Assembly (NCBI RefSeq): GCF_001194135.2
Contig: NC_068984.1
Coordinates: forward strand, 66,454,267 to 66,518,266
Direction of reading: 5' to 3'
Source of the DNA: Octopus bimaculoides
Taxonomy: Eukaryota
Length of the DNA: 64,000 bases
A model generated the notes under the pieces. The model was not told the origin of the DNA and did no database searches. It saw only the letters and a program-made list of their open reading frames with translations. The position numbers were made by a program, and so were the translations under genes. This document shows, piece after piece, positions 38,661 to 51,935 of the stretch. Each line of letters starts with the position of its first letter. Position 1 is the stretch's first letter.

Positions 38661-40089
38661 TTAAAATTACTTTACCTTACAATATAATTTAATGGAAAAA
38701 TAATTAGTATCGAAGCGTAATAACACATCATTAAGACAGCATATTTAATGTAAAATTAATTTGAATGGCATACAAAGATCGAAGAAAGATTTAGAGAACA
38801 AGGGAATGCTAAATTTAATAAATAGTTTATATCGAAAAGAAAGTTCGAAGAAGTGAAATGTTAAACTTAGTAAAATATTTAGAAGTGGAGTATGATAAAG
38901 CAGTACGAATTAAATAAATTAGTATATTCAAATTAAGTTAATTTATGTAGTACATGTGATTTAGGAGGAATTTTAGAAAGTGTAATATTTTTTAAAAGGG
39001 AAATGCTAAAATTGATACAATGATGCATGTATTCCTTTCCAATATTCTGTGTTTCCTTTGTCATCAAAGAACATCTCCTGTCTTTTGATGATGTGTGTTC
39101 ATAACACATGTGATCCACTAGTGTAAGGGAACTTTCAGATACTGCACTGTTTTGACCTTATTGTGTGTCTCCTTAGTCAAAAACTGTCTCACTGCATTGA
39201 TGTATCTAACAAGAGTACATGTCCTTGTTTATAGAAATCAACAAATATGATATTTCCTGATGCATGCTGATGTCTACCAAATAAAGAATAATTCAAGGGG
39301 TACACACAGAGCAGCAGGAATCCAAACAATAATACATCTATTCATTGTCAATACATTCTGGCAGACTTGAATGTTAATGTTAAAAATGAATAGATCTGTT
39401 ATTATCTGGATTCTTGCTGCTCTGCATGCACCTATGAATTACTAAAATTGATCGTTTATATTAAAATATATCCAGATAAAATATGTGAAACAAGATGGAA
39501 TTTAGTATAATGAAAATAATGAACATAAGCTGGGGTTGGATAAAGAAGTGTAAGAAAAGTATATCAGAAAAGTATTGTATGATTTTGACATTGAACATAT
39601 GTAGAGAATAATATTAGAGAGAATAATTGATTAGGAATAAAAGCTAAATATTAGACTGTACTGTTAGATGTAGTTCAAAGAATGAGAAAGTATATTTAGG
39701 GAATAAATCTGTAGAGATTAGTCTAAGAAACATATAATTAAGCTTAGTGTTCCATTTATGCTTATTTATACATTTCCTCTTCTATTTTCCCAATATGAAC
39801 ATTCTCACCAATTCTTCTTATTCTTTTCTCCTGTTTTACCTTTTATCTCTCTTATTCTTCTCTATAATAAATCACACAGTTATTCTTTCCTTTTCATCCT
39901 CTTTTATTTTTAATTATTAGTGTGTATAAATTGATGCTGTGGTCAACTAATAAAATCTATTAGTTTTAATATTATCCAATCAAATCTTGCGGAAATATTA
40001 GAATATTTCCACTGCATTTCTCATGTTCCTTTTTTCTTTTTATTATTTATCTAAAACATGGAAGTTATTGGAAGTTAGAAACTTCAAAT

Positions 40090-40300
40090 GACAGTTTCAA
40101 ATGTTGGCACTAAGGGAAAGGGCTAGTTGATTTAATCCCTGCCCTTGTGCTTAGGTGGTATTTATTCTATTGATGCTAAGCCTGAAAGGGTGGAAGGCAA
40201 AATTGAACTCTGCAGAATTTGAACTCAGACTCTAAAACTAGAAGAAATGTCACTAAGTATTTTGTCCAGTGTGGTTATGATTTGGTCAGTTTGTTGCCTT
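40090..40300 (-). mobile_element. SINE family B
   Basis: GAAAGGGTGGAAGGCAAAATTGAACTCTGCAGAATTTGAACTCAG. Confidence 0.7.
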
Positions 40301-43300
40301 TATAGAAATTTCAAGTAATAATTTGTGAAGTTTCAGCTACCAATAAAACATGGACAACATTCTACCTCTAGTATTGAGTACTCTGTTGTCCTTCATACTG
40401 AAGTGTTCACATTTATCTATCATTATTTTTTATATATGAGCAATGAATAGAAACAGATAAATTCTAGCTGAATATAGAAAAGTACTCTTTGAATCTTCCC
40501 ATCAGAAATATTTCCATTTAAATGGCATTACTTGAAATGTTTAATCAAGAAAATGAAAGACTTTACAAGAAGAATGAGATAGTAAGCTCGTTATTTTCAA
40601 CAGAGATACACCTTAGAAAATAAATATGGATTCATATAAAAAAAAGAAAAACACCCCAACAAACAAAGAACTCAAGCCATTTGAAGCAAACCTTTTCAAT
40701 CTGATAAAGAGAGTTAGATTCAGGAAAGCACTTTAAACATGAATTTAATAGTTTTATCTACTTCTAAAGAATTTATGTATTGTCAGATGAAGCCAAAATC
40801 TCTTACAGTATAAACAAAATATCAGTTCATCAATATTTTTTTAAAATCTGGCATCAACACACAGAATTCCTTAAATACAGATGCCAAAGATATAGTCATC
40901 AACCTTAAACTGTATGACAGAGTAGAATATTTAGTCCTTGATGCTTCATTTATTTCCCTTAAACATCACAACCCTAATTTTTCTAGTTACTGTAAATACA
41001 AGTTAACTAACTAAGCAAATACCAAATTAGGAATAGTTAGGAATAGTAATAATAAACTTCTTGAATACAATGCTCAGATGGTGTACTGTAATTTGTCAGA
41101 AAAGGCTAAAAAGAGGAGACAGGAGGTAGTAATAAGTCAAATAAAGACAGCAATTATAGCAAGAAGCATATAGAATATATACTTTTAGTATATATCTGTG
41201 TATAGTATATAGAATAAAAAAAAAGACAAAAGTGAACAATAAAAGAACCTTAAAGTGCATGTCAGAGTGCTGTTGGCAAATTTTGGGGAGCATGGAACTT
41301 TCAAAAGACACAGTGCTCTGACAGCTAACAGCCAACACGAAGTTGTTTAGTTCATGTTTCAACAACTCTGAACATGAAAAACAGGCTGTGCAAGTCGTGG
41401 ATGCTTCACTGTGTTTTGATTTTATAAGCATTTTATAATCCTAGATTCAGTTTTACTTAAAAAAAAAACAAAAAGACAAAGAAATATTTATATCCTTTCC
41501 TTTGTGGAAGAAGACTAAATCAGTGGTGAAATGATTTAATAGCATAAGTAACAAACAAGATTGTAAATTTACTCAGTTCCAAATTATCTATTTCTAGCTC
41601 CTCCACTAATAACCTACTTCTCTTCAAAGGTTTTGCATTTGCATACACCGTTATATCTATGAGAAAATTTGATATTAAAATATTTTTGTATTCCATGAAA
41701 ATCCCTTTTGGTTTTTGACAGTTCATTCTGTGTCCTTAAAGAAGACAGAGAATTATTTATTGTCTGCATGACATATACAATAGGGACTGAACTATGTGAA
41801 ACTATTGATATCTTTATTTTAGACTGTTTGCATTAAATATATCAACTGCTTTGATATATATGTATATGTGCATGCACACACACACACACACACACACNNN
41901 NNNNNNNNNNNNNNNNNNNNNNNNNNNNNNNNNNNNNNNNNNNNNNNNNNNNNNNNNNNNNNNNNNNNNNNNNNNNNNNNNNNNNNNNNNNNNNNNNNNN
42001 NNNNNNNNNNNNNNNNNNNNNNNNNNNNNNNNNNNNNNNNNNNNNNNNNNNNNNNNNNNNNNNNNNNNNNNNNNNNNNNNNNNNNNNNNNNNNNNNNNNN
42101 NNNNNNNNNNNNNNNNNNNNNNNNNNNNNNNNTATATATATATATGTATTTGTGTGTATGTGTGTTTGTGTTGTACTGAGAATATCGGTTGTACTTTTTT
42201 TAAGTTTGTTTAATATATTATTATTAATTTTTTTATTATTGCAGAATGTTCTAAAGAATCATTTTGGTAAATTTTAGTATTCAAAACAAGATTCTGCTAT
42301 GATGCTTGAATATATTTTTTGCTTTGTGTTATCTTCTCAACAACAACATCAACAATAACACCACCACCACCACCACTACCACTACCACCACCACCGACAG
42401 CTATACACACAATCACAGAATATTTGGCTTTGTAAACTTATGAATATCAGCTGTTAAGCTTCTTCAAAATATGCAGTATGTTCAGTTCATCAAGTGATAT
42501 GAAATAAAGTTTTATATGGACAACATGATGATAAATATTTAGTACAAAAAGAAAATAAGAAAAGCAGTGAAATTTTATGTCTTTTTTAATCATATATACA
42601 TGTATGTATGTGTGTGTGTATGTATATATAAATTTATATATATCCACACACACATACACACATATATATTGTTTGTGTGTGTGTTTGTGCTTTTCTGTGT
42701 GTGCATGTGCCTGTGTGTCAGTGTATGTATTTGGTGGTGGAGTAGTGTAGCTTACCGCATTCACACAGTATAACCTTAATGATACATTTGTGTTTTTACT
42801 CAGAAAAACTACTTTGAAGTTGGAATAACTGCATCTGATGTGTCCTCACACTTTGCCTGTACTGGTGCAAACAAAAAAAAAAAANNNNNNNNNNAAAAAA
42901 AAAAAAAAAAACAAGAAACTTGCATGTCATATCAAGTGAGTTCTGAGGTGGGGTTAAAAAAAATAATTGGTGAAACTCTTTTAGATGCTGAGGGAGACAC
43001 ACTATCACTACTCATAGCTTACTTACATTCACATAAAAGTTAACATACACCACATATAAACACCTTCACACACATATATAATGGTGGGTCTCTGATCAGT
43101 ATATTTTTCTGTTGTTCATTGTATTTGTGGCAAACTGATGAGTATCTGAGTGTCCCACAGAAACTTGCACTCTTAACATTATCCTCTGCCAGAATCAGCA
43201 TGATTGGTATGTGACACAAAACATGCCTTTTGAATTATTGGTATAATCTATTCCGTAGACTTTTGCACTGTTGCTGGGGATATGTTTGAAGACACTTTAC

Positions 43301-43760
43301 CAAATGTGTCAAACAGTGAGACTATAGGATTGAGAAGTAGACTTCTTGGCAGAATTCTGATTTAAACACGCCATATAACACTTCATAACTACTATTTTAT
43401 TTTTGGGAATTTTCAGAAAATTTTTGTGTCAGGAATTCAAATGAGTATGAAAAACCAATTTTTGAAAAAAATTTTTGGAATTTTTATTTTTCAAAATCAG
43501 ACAGTTCGAAATTTTTGGTTAAGTCCCAGCAATAGACTATTAAATGTATTTATGGGGAGAAACATACTGAAAAACATCAATGCGTCAGAGTGACAAACAA
43601 ACAAGGATGGTATCAGGTCATCGTTGGGTGTGCTAAAAATAACAGCTAAATAGTCCTTAAATCACATACAAAGAAATCTTTTTTGTTGGGTGGGGTGAAT
43701 AATCATATGAATTCCCATGTGCAGAAAACAAATTTACAAAATATTTCTGGAAATTCCAGC

Positions 43761-43915
43761 GCAGGAGAGGCCGTGTGGTAAGTAGCTTGTTTACCAACCA
43801 CATTGTTTCGGGTTCATTCTCACTGCGTGGCACCTTGGGCAAGTGTCTTCTACTATAGCTTCGGGCCGACCAAAGCCTTGTGAGTGGATTTGGTAGACGG
43901 AAACTGAAAAGAAGC

Positions 43916-43968
<53 letters not shown>

Positions 43969-44109
43969 GTTTGTGTGTCTGTGTTTGTCCCTCCAACATC
44001 GCTTGACAACCGATGCTGGTATGTTTACGTCCGCGTAACTTAGCGGTGCTCCAGCATGGCCGCAATCAAATGACTGAAACAAGTAAAAAAGAGTAAAAGA
44101 GTAAGAGTA
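43761..44109 (+). mobile_element. SINE family A, relatively young (many CpGs retained), with internal deletion
   Basis: GGCCGTGTGGTAAGTAG...GGCCGACCAAAGCC...GACAACCGATGCTGG...ATGACTGAAACAAGTAAAA. Confidence 0.9.
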
Positions 44110-44704
44110 TGATAAAAAAGTTATGAGGGTTTATATGGTGTACTTAAAGCAAAATTCCACCCACTTCTTAACTATTCTGTCATGCTTGTGTTCACATTGC
44201 TCACACATTTACATTGATTTAATTCCAGTATTTTTTAAAGCTCTATCAAAAACTGTGGATTTCCTGAAGGATATATGTTTTGCTGACAGCATATAAATTA
44301 CTCTCTGCCACTCATTAACAAAACACATTGAATATGAGAACAGAAAGTTATTTTTGATTGATTTTAAAGTGCTAGACAAATTATAATTTATTGTTGCTAA
44401 AGAAATGATGAGATGATGAGAAATTAATATCTTACAATATAATTATTGTTTCTTTTAATTTTCTTTGGAGGCTTAATTGATACTTATTTTACACAACTTT
44501 GTTATGTTGTTATGTTCTACACTTATACACATTGTTGTATCATATATTTATACAACATAACAACTGTTTTACTCTTCTACAAATAAATACTAGGGTATCT
44601 TTATTTGTAACTTGTGCTGTATCTTATACACCAGACTCTGTCCTAAAATCTATGACTAAATATTTTGCTTCTTAAAACCAAATTTTAAACAAAGGCACAA
44701 AAGT

Positions 44705-45175
44705 GCCAGTCTGGTAAGAAGTTTGCTTCTCAATCACACTGTTCTGGGTTCTGTCCAACTGTATGGTAACTTGGGCAATTGTCTTCTACTATTTCCTTGG
44801 GCTGACTGAAGCTTTTTGAATGAATTTGGTAGAGAAAAAGTGGAAGAAGCCTGTCATGTATATATCTATATGTATATAACTATGTGTGTGTGTCTTTGCT
44901 TGCCCTCCAGTTTTTCACTTGGCAACTGGTTTTGGTGTGTTTATGTGCCTGTAAGTTAGTGGTTCAGCAAAAGAGACCAATAGGCTAAGTACCAGGCTTA
45001 AAAATTAAAACAAAAAGCATGTGTATATTGGGTTCTACTCTTCGTTATTAGTCTTACAATGCCTAAGCAATATTGCCAGATCAGACTGGAGCCTAGTTCA
45101 GCTTCCTGGCTTGCCAGTCCCCAGTCAAACCGTCCAACCTTTGCCAGCACGAAAAACGGACATTAAACAATGATG
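44705..45175 (+). mobile_element. SINE family A followed by an RTE 3' UTR terminal fragment (45060-45175)
   Basis: A-family motifs, then CCAGATCAGACTGGAGCC...GGACATTAAACAATGATGAT. Confidence 0.75.
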
Positions 45176-45402
45176 ATATATATATATATATATGTATATA
45201 TGTGTATATATATANNNNNNNNNNNNNNNNNNNNNNNNNNNNNNNNNNNNNNNNNNNNNNNNNNNNNNNNNNNNNNNNNNNNNNNNNNNNNNNNNNNNNN
45301 NNNNNNNNNNNNNNNNNNNNNNNNNNNNNNNNNNNNNNNNNNNNNNNNNNNNNNATATATATATATATATATCAACAATAATAGTAATAATAATAGTAAA
45401 CT

Positions 45403-45788
45403 GGCATGGCTGTGTGGTATGAAGCTTGCTTCCTAATCACATGGTTCAAGGTTCAGTTCCACTGCATGGCATCTTGGGAAAATGTCTTCTACTATAGCCT
45501 CAGGCCGACCAAAGCCTTGTGAATGGATATAGTAGATGGAAACTGAAAGAAGCCCGTTGTATACATATATATATATGTGTGTATATATGTTTGTGTGTCA
45601 GTGTTTGTTCCTCCACCATTGCATGACAACCGATGTTGGTGTGTTTATGTCTCCATAACTTAACAGTTCAGCAAAAGAGTACTAGGATTACAAACAATAA
45701 ATCCTGGAGTTGATTTGTTCAACTAAAGGCGGTGTTCCAGCATGGATGCAGTCAAATGAGTGAAACCAATAAAAGAATAAAAGAATAA
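45403..45788 (+). mobile_element. SINE family A, full length
   Basis: tRNA-like head with GGTTCAGTTCC, central microsatellite and (AAAGAATA)n tail. Confidence 0.9.
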
Positions 45789-45795
45789 TCCATTA

Positions 45796-45832
<37 letters not shown>

Positions 45833-45835
<3 letters not shown>

Positions 45836-46030
45836 GCCATGATAGATCGCTGACCATTACATATATATTTTTTTTCCCCTTGTTTCTCTATTTCTTTCTG
45901 TGTTCTTTTCATTTGAAGAACGTAGCTCGAAACGTCAAAGACTTTCTCTATTCCCGAGCGTTAAACTAATACATCCATTTGTTGTTTACACCACCTGTCT
46001 TTGTCTGTTGCTTTTTTCGTAAATTCTCCC
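45833..46030 (+). mobile_element. Solo Penelope-type pseudo-LTR with a degenerate hammerhead at 45904-45941
   Basis: TCTTT-t-CATTTGA-A-GAAC-GTA-GCTC-GAAAC-GTC-AAAGA; the unit is embedded in (TA)n on both sides. Confidence 0.65.
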
Positions 46031-47849
46031 ATATATATATATATACATATACACACACATATACATTACATCTTACTAAGTATTTTATTTATTCTATAAG
46101 TTTGTTAACATCATTGAAAGAATCATAACTTCTCTATTTCCTGCCAATGTTATTCAGAAGGGTCATTTACTCCTATGGTTAAAATATTCCTCTATAACAA
46201 CAACTAAACCATGTTGTGCTTAAAAAACTGAGACTGAGATATAGTTTCAGTGAGATATTATCTCAAGAATAAAGACTCGGAAGCTTACTTTTCAGCCTTT
46301 TAAACATCTTAGAAAAGCAAACAATAAATCTGTCGCAAGAAATACTTAGAATTTATAAATTAGATTTTAAATTATTGCCTCCAATTTTATTTGTATTCAA
46401 AGGTAATTATAAAAGATTAAGAGAAACAGATTTCATTTTGAAACTACTTCTTTTCAATTCAGGAGAAAAAAAAGACATTATGAGAAAAGTGTCATAATAA
46501 TGTGATTTTATCTTAATGCAAAAAATAATAATAATAATAATAATAATTTTACAATAACTGCCAAAAAAAAAGGGAAAATAAAAATGGAAGTGGGGGTGAA
46601 TTCATAATTTTGTTTTTAATATATCTCAAATTGTTATTCCACCAGCTATGCAATTAAAATTTTCGAACATTAAAAAAGAAATGGCCAGTAAAATAACAAG
46701 AAAAAAAAAAAGAAAAGCAAAATTAAAAGAAACAAGCAAACAAACAAAGAATGGCAAAACATGGAATAACAATAAAAATAAATGAATGTTCAATATGTTT
46801 GAATGCTTTTTGGCTAAAGCAAACACAATATTCCATTATAAAGTTACTGAGACTATAACATGTACATTAAGTGATTTAAATTCTTAAATCCTCCCAAGTT
46901 TCTGCTTAATGTGCTAAAATATATCATCTTTAGATGACAGCAGTGCATTTTTTTTTTTAAAGAAGTAGTTATTCATGGCATTACTAAACCAATTTATGTG
47001 ACTCTAATAACACTGTTGAGAAGATATGCATGAAAGCTTATTGTCATGCTGCTATAAAAAGAATGCATTACAAGTCAATGAGGAAGCCTCTATGAGTTTG
47101 CTTGATCTAACTACCAAAATCTCCTTCAAATCACATCACTGCACTGTCTTAAAAAAAAAATAATGCATCCAATATTAACACTGGTTTCTAAGGTAAAAAC
47201 ATGCCTTGAAGAACAAGGATGGAGTGGTGACAGGAAGAAAAACGAAACACAAACACAGAAAAACCTCAAATGTTGAACGAACAGATGAATATACATATAT
47301 GTAAGGAATATAATGAAATATAAAATTATATATATGTATGTATTAATACAGGCATACATACATACATACATACATATATACACACATGCATACATACATA
47401 CATACATACATAAATACATATATACATACATATAAATGCAATGTTCAATATGTATGTGTACATGTATAACTGTAATATAAATTTACACACGCATGCACAC
47501 ACACACACGCATAAATACACATACATACATACATAGAGGAAGAGAGAGAGAGAGAGAGAGAGATAGAGAGAGGCAGACAAATTGATAATAGTTCTCCAAT
47601 TCTCCAAGCTACAATAGAAGAGTTAAAGATTAGCTGTTCATGGAAATCCTGTATACTGATGACGTATGGAAGAGTCAATGAAAGACTCAGAAGTGAAATT
47701 CCAGAGGCAGAAGCAAAACCTAGAATCGAAAGGTCTCAGGGTAGTAAACTTAGTAAACACCACAGTTTCAGTATGAAGTATAGAAGACAGGACAGTACTG
47801 CCATCAAGGAAATGACCATACTTAATACTGAGAAAAAGAGTTGGTAGAA

Positions 47850-48540
47850 ACACCATATGGTGAACTGTGATCACAGACTTGTTGATGGCAAAATAGATTT
47901 TGTGTGCAGCAGATGTACAGGAGAGGTTAGCAGTCAGTGCAGTTGTACTACAAATTCCCTTCGGTGTTCAAGAAGGTCTGTAGAAGTAATTGATAGCTTC
48001 TTTTATCTAAGCAGTGTAATTGGCATTGAAGGAGTGCACTTTGAAAGTATAGTAGACAAAGTTAAAAAGTTCAGTGGGATATTACCTCTGCTGGTAGCAA
48101 AGGGATTCTGTCTTCTGGCTGAGAGTAGATTGTATGTTACATTGTCATGATGTGGGTACCGACATGCAAAAGTTGGAGGGAAATGAAGCAAGCATGCTCC
48201 AATGGATGTATAATGTCACTAAGCATGACTGACACAACACAGATGAGCTGATAGATAAACTAGATATAAGAGGAATCAGTTTCAGTGTGAAAGAATGGAG
48301 ATTGCACTAATAGGGACGTGATGTATATTGGAAAAAAGAGATGGGTAAATAAGGGCCATGATATCCAAGTGGAAGGACATTGTGAAAGAGGAAGACTAGG
48401 AAGAGATGTGCAAAAGTAGTAAAAGCTGGTTTCAAGAATTTTTTGTTTTTTACCCTCACAAAGGAAATGGCAAAGAACATAAGAAATAGCAAGAGACTGC
48501 TGTGGAAAAGAACCATCCAACCGATACAATCATGGGAAAG
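47850..48540 (+). mobile_element. Old RTE LINE fragment
   Basis: FVCSRCTGE...VEVIDSFFYL...KKFSGILPLLVAKG..L..ESRLY, homologous to the 30959-31260 frame. Confidence 0.8.
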
Positions 48541-48740
48541 TGTATATAAAATATGAGGATGATGACGATAATATATATTGACCACTGTACCTATTTCATG
48601 GAGCTCTATTTACCAAATGTCTTAGGTTTTGTTATCCATTAACTTAAGGAGTCACTACTCTAGTAAGCATTAACTCAGAAACAAACACACACACACACAT
48701 ATGTATACTCTAAGTATATGTGGGTGGCTGTGTATGTGTG

Positions 48741-48778
<38 letters not shown>

Positions 48779-48788
48779 NNNNNNNNNN

Positions 48789-48828
<40 letters not shown>

Positions 48829-49475
48829 GTACGTACGTATATATACCTGTATGTATATATGCGCTTTTATGATTATAAATTTTACACACACATACATGTA
48901 TATATTTTTTCCTCCTTTATTTTTGTGTCTTATCCAGGATTTTCCACCTCAAAGAGTTTGTGCTAACATTAATATTGCTTCTACTGATAGTCATCTTGTG
49001 TCAGTAGTTACAATCATAAACATGCTGATCAGTGTAAAATCTCTGTGATTTATGGCCTTTTCAGCACAGTTCTCATTGTCTAGAAGCCTCAAAAACACAT
49101 GAGTGTAAAATCCTACCAACACTTTGCAGGGGAAAAAACACAATACAAAGTAAAATATAATCTATACTTTAGAGGTGAGAATAGCCTTGAGTTAAATGCT
49201 ATGATTTCTGCTTAAATGGTCCTATTATTTCAAGCAGCCTGATGCAATTATTGGTAAGCATAGAATAAACTAGATGAAAAAAATGGAAGCAAAATTTTTT
49301 GTGCACTGAACATGAGAGATTTTTAAAACATTTTCTCATTGGATTTTATTTTGGAAACTAAATTTTATTTTTCAACTTTTTTACATTATTGCCATCTTAT
49401 TTTTTTGCTTGCTTGCTTTCTCTGTTTTTCTTCTATCAGTTACACAGTCTTGAACATATATGCATCCAAACACTT

Positions 49476-49524
<49 letters not shown>

Positions 49525-50181
49525 CGTGCACATACACACATGTGCATACATATATATCAACAAATACATGCATACACATGCCAATAGATAATCAATCAAT
49601 CAGTGACTAATTTAAACTTTTAAAATAAATATATATGAAATCATTCATCATGATTGGAAAGCAGAAAATTGGTAAAGAAATTGGGATGATCGGGAGTTGC
49701 GGACAACACTAACTCAATATACATTTGTTGAAGTCATCTGATAAAAAAAAATTCTGAGTTAATACTTATTTAAAAGTATTTTATTCACTTTTATTTATAG
49801 ATTTTAATATTTTACATGGATAATAAAAAATTAAAAACAAAAAATAAGATGTATTTCAACCCTGCTTTCCATAATATAACAATATATTTATTTTTATCTT
49901 CTGTTCTGATTTTTTTTTTTAATTTAAAAGGAAAATTAAGTAAAAAATAATAATGGAATAAAATATAAATAGCTTATAGATCTGTTTATTTTTAATGTAA
50001 AATTTCTTTGAAGAAAAGTGAAATAATAGAATATTGGACTTATGTGAAAACCTGATGCATTGAAGCTGAAAGAAATTGGCTTTTCATATGTTGAACAGTA
50101 TTTTTAGAGTGAAGAAGGTATTTGGAACTTTAAAATTATTTGTTAAGGGAAGAAAATAACAGCCCCTTGGAATAATTTGTA

Positions 50182-50231
<50 letters not shown>

Positions 50232-50550
50232 GTGCGTGCATGTGCACACACACTCATATATCATATATATCATATATATAAATATATGTGTGTGTGTGTG
50301 TGTATGTAGGTGTGTGTGTGAATATATGTGTGATTATATGTAAATGCATATGTATGCATGTATATACATATGTATATATAAATAAATACATACATGTAAA
50401 TATATACCTAAGTGCATGCATGCATATATATGTGTATATATGAGTGATTATATGTGTAAGTATATATATTCATATATATATATGTATGTATACATGCTGG
50501 ACTATATGTGTGTGCGTATGTTTGTGTGCATGTACATGTATGTGTGTGCG

Positions 50551-50603
<53 letters not shown>

Positions 50604-50627
50604 TTGTGCGCACGCATGCACACACAT

Positions 50628-50663
<36 letters not shown>

Positions 50664-51057
50664 CAGAGTAGGTTGAATGACTAAAACAAAGTGTAGTTTA
50701 TTGATTTGAGGAGTGTTTAAGTGTTGCCTAATATGTACTGAGGGTAATTCTATAGAAGATATTTGCATGAGTATAGAACAGATAACTTTGGTAAACAAGA
50801 GTTGCTATTTAGGAATGCGCTACTAAGTGTTCTTGGACAGGAAAATTGCTTGGTGTTGCATAATAAAATATTGATGACCAAATAGGATTTAAATTATTAT
50901 TTCTAAAAGAAGTTATCAATTCTCTTTTTAAAATAATAATGTTTGCCATCAGTTAGGATCATTTCTTATAACTGTTTTTTTTATAAACTGAGGAAAATGA
51001 ATGAAACGGCACAGCTTATAAAATAATATTCAGTTGTATCATCACCACCACCATCGC

Positions 51058-51061
<4 letters not shown>

Positions 51062-51094
<33 letters not shown>

Positions 51095-51935
51095 GTTGTT
51101 GTTTTTATGTCCTCTTCCCTATACATGCATGGGTTGGATGGAATTTTTTTGCAGCAGATTTTCTATGGCTGGATGCCCTACCCTCACTCATTTTCAAATA
51201 AAGGTAATATTTCCCCATGACTAGACACCTTTCTGCAGAGTATTGGAAGTGAAGGACACTGCCTGCATGGTGAGCCAGAGGTTGAACCAGGCTCAATCTG
51301 ATCTAGCAAAGTTTCTATAGCTGGATGCCCTTCCTAATGCCAACCACTCTGAGAGTGTAGTGGGTGCTTCTACATGCCACCAGCATGAGGGTCAGTCAGG
51401 CGGTTCTGGCAACGACCACGCTCAAAAGGTGTTTTCACGTGCTACCTGCATGGGAGCCAGTCCAGTGTCACTGGCAACAACCTTGCTTGAATATTGATTT
51501 TCACATGCCACCAGCACATGTGCTGTAAGGTGACGCTGGCAATGATCACACTCAAATGGTGCTTTTCATGTGTTACTTGCATGGGAGCCAATCTGTGGCC
51601 CTGGCAATGATCATGCTCGGATGTGCTTTTAACATTCCACTGGCACAAGTGTCAATCTAGCAGTACTGACATCGGCCACATCAGTGATTTTGATTTTGAC
51701 TTCACTTGCTTCAATAGGTCTTCACAAGCAAAGTTTATTGTCCAATGAATGAGGGGTATTCATAAGTGGGCTGGTTACACCCACTGGTATAGGCTATGGT
51801 CTCACTTGGCTTGTTGGGTCTTCTCAAGCACAGCATATCTCCAAAGGTCTCAGACACTAGTCATTGCCTCGGTAAGGCCCAATGGTTGAAGGTCGGGCTT
51901 CACCACCTCCTTCCAGGTTTTCCTGAGTCTGGAAG
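51062..51935 (-). mobile_element. RTE LINE 3' end (last codons plus UTR) joined to a SINE C-type tail
   Basis: RKTWKEVVKPDL..LGLTEAMTS..DLWRYAVLEKT on the - strand near 51820-51930. UTR subrepeats at 51360-51660; C-type tail and (GAT)n at 51062-51265. Confidence 0.82.

Noticed and set aside
41096-41431. 111-aa - strand ORF as an exon
   Set aside because: No recognisable domain, a weak donor site, and the C-terminal half is low-complexity.
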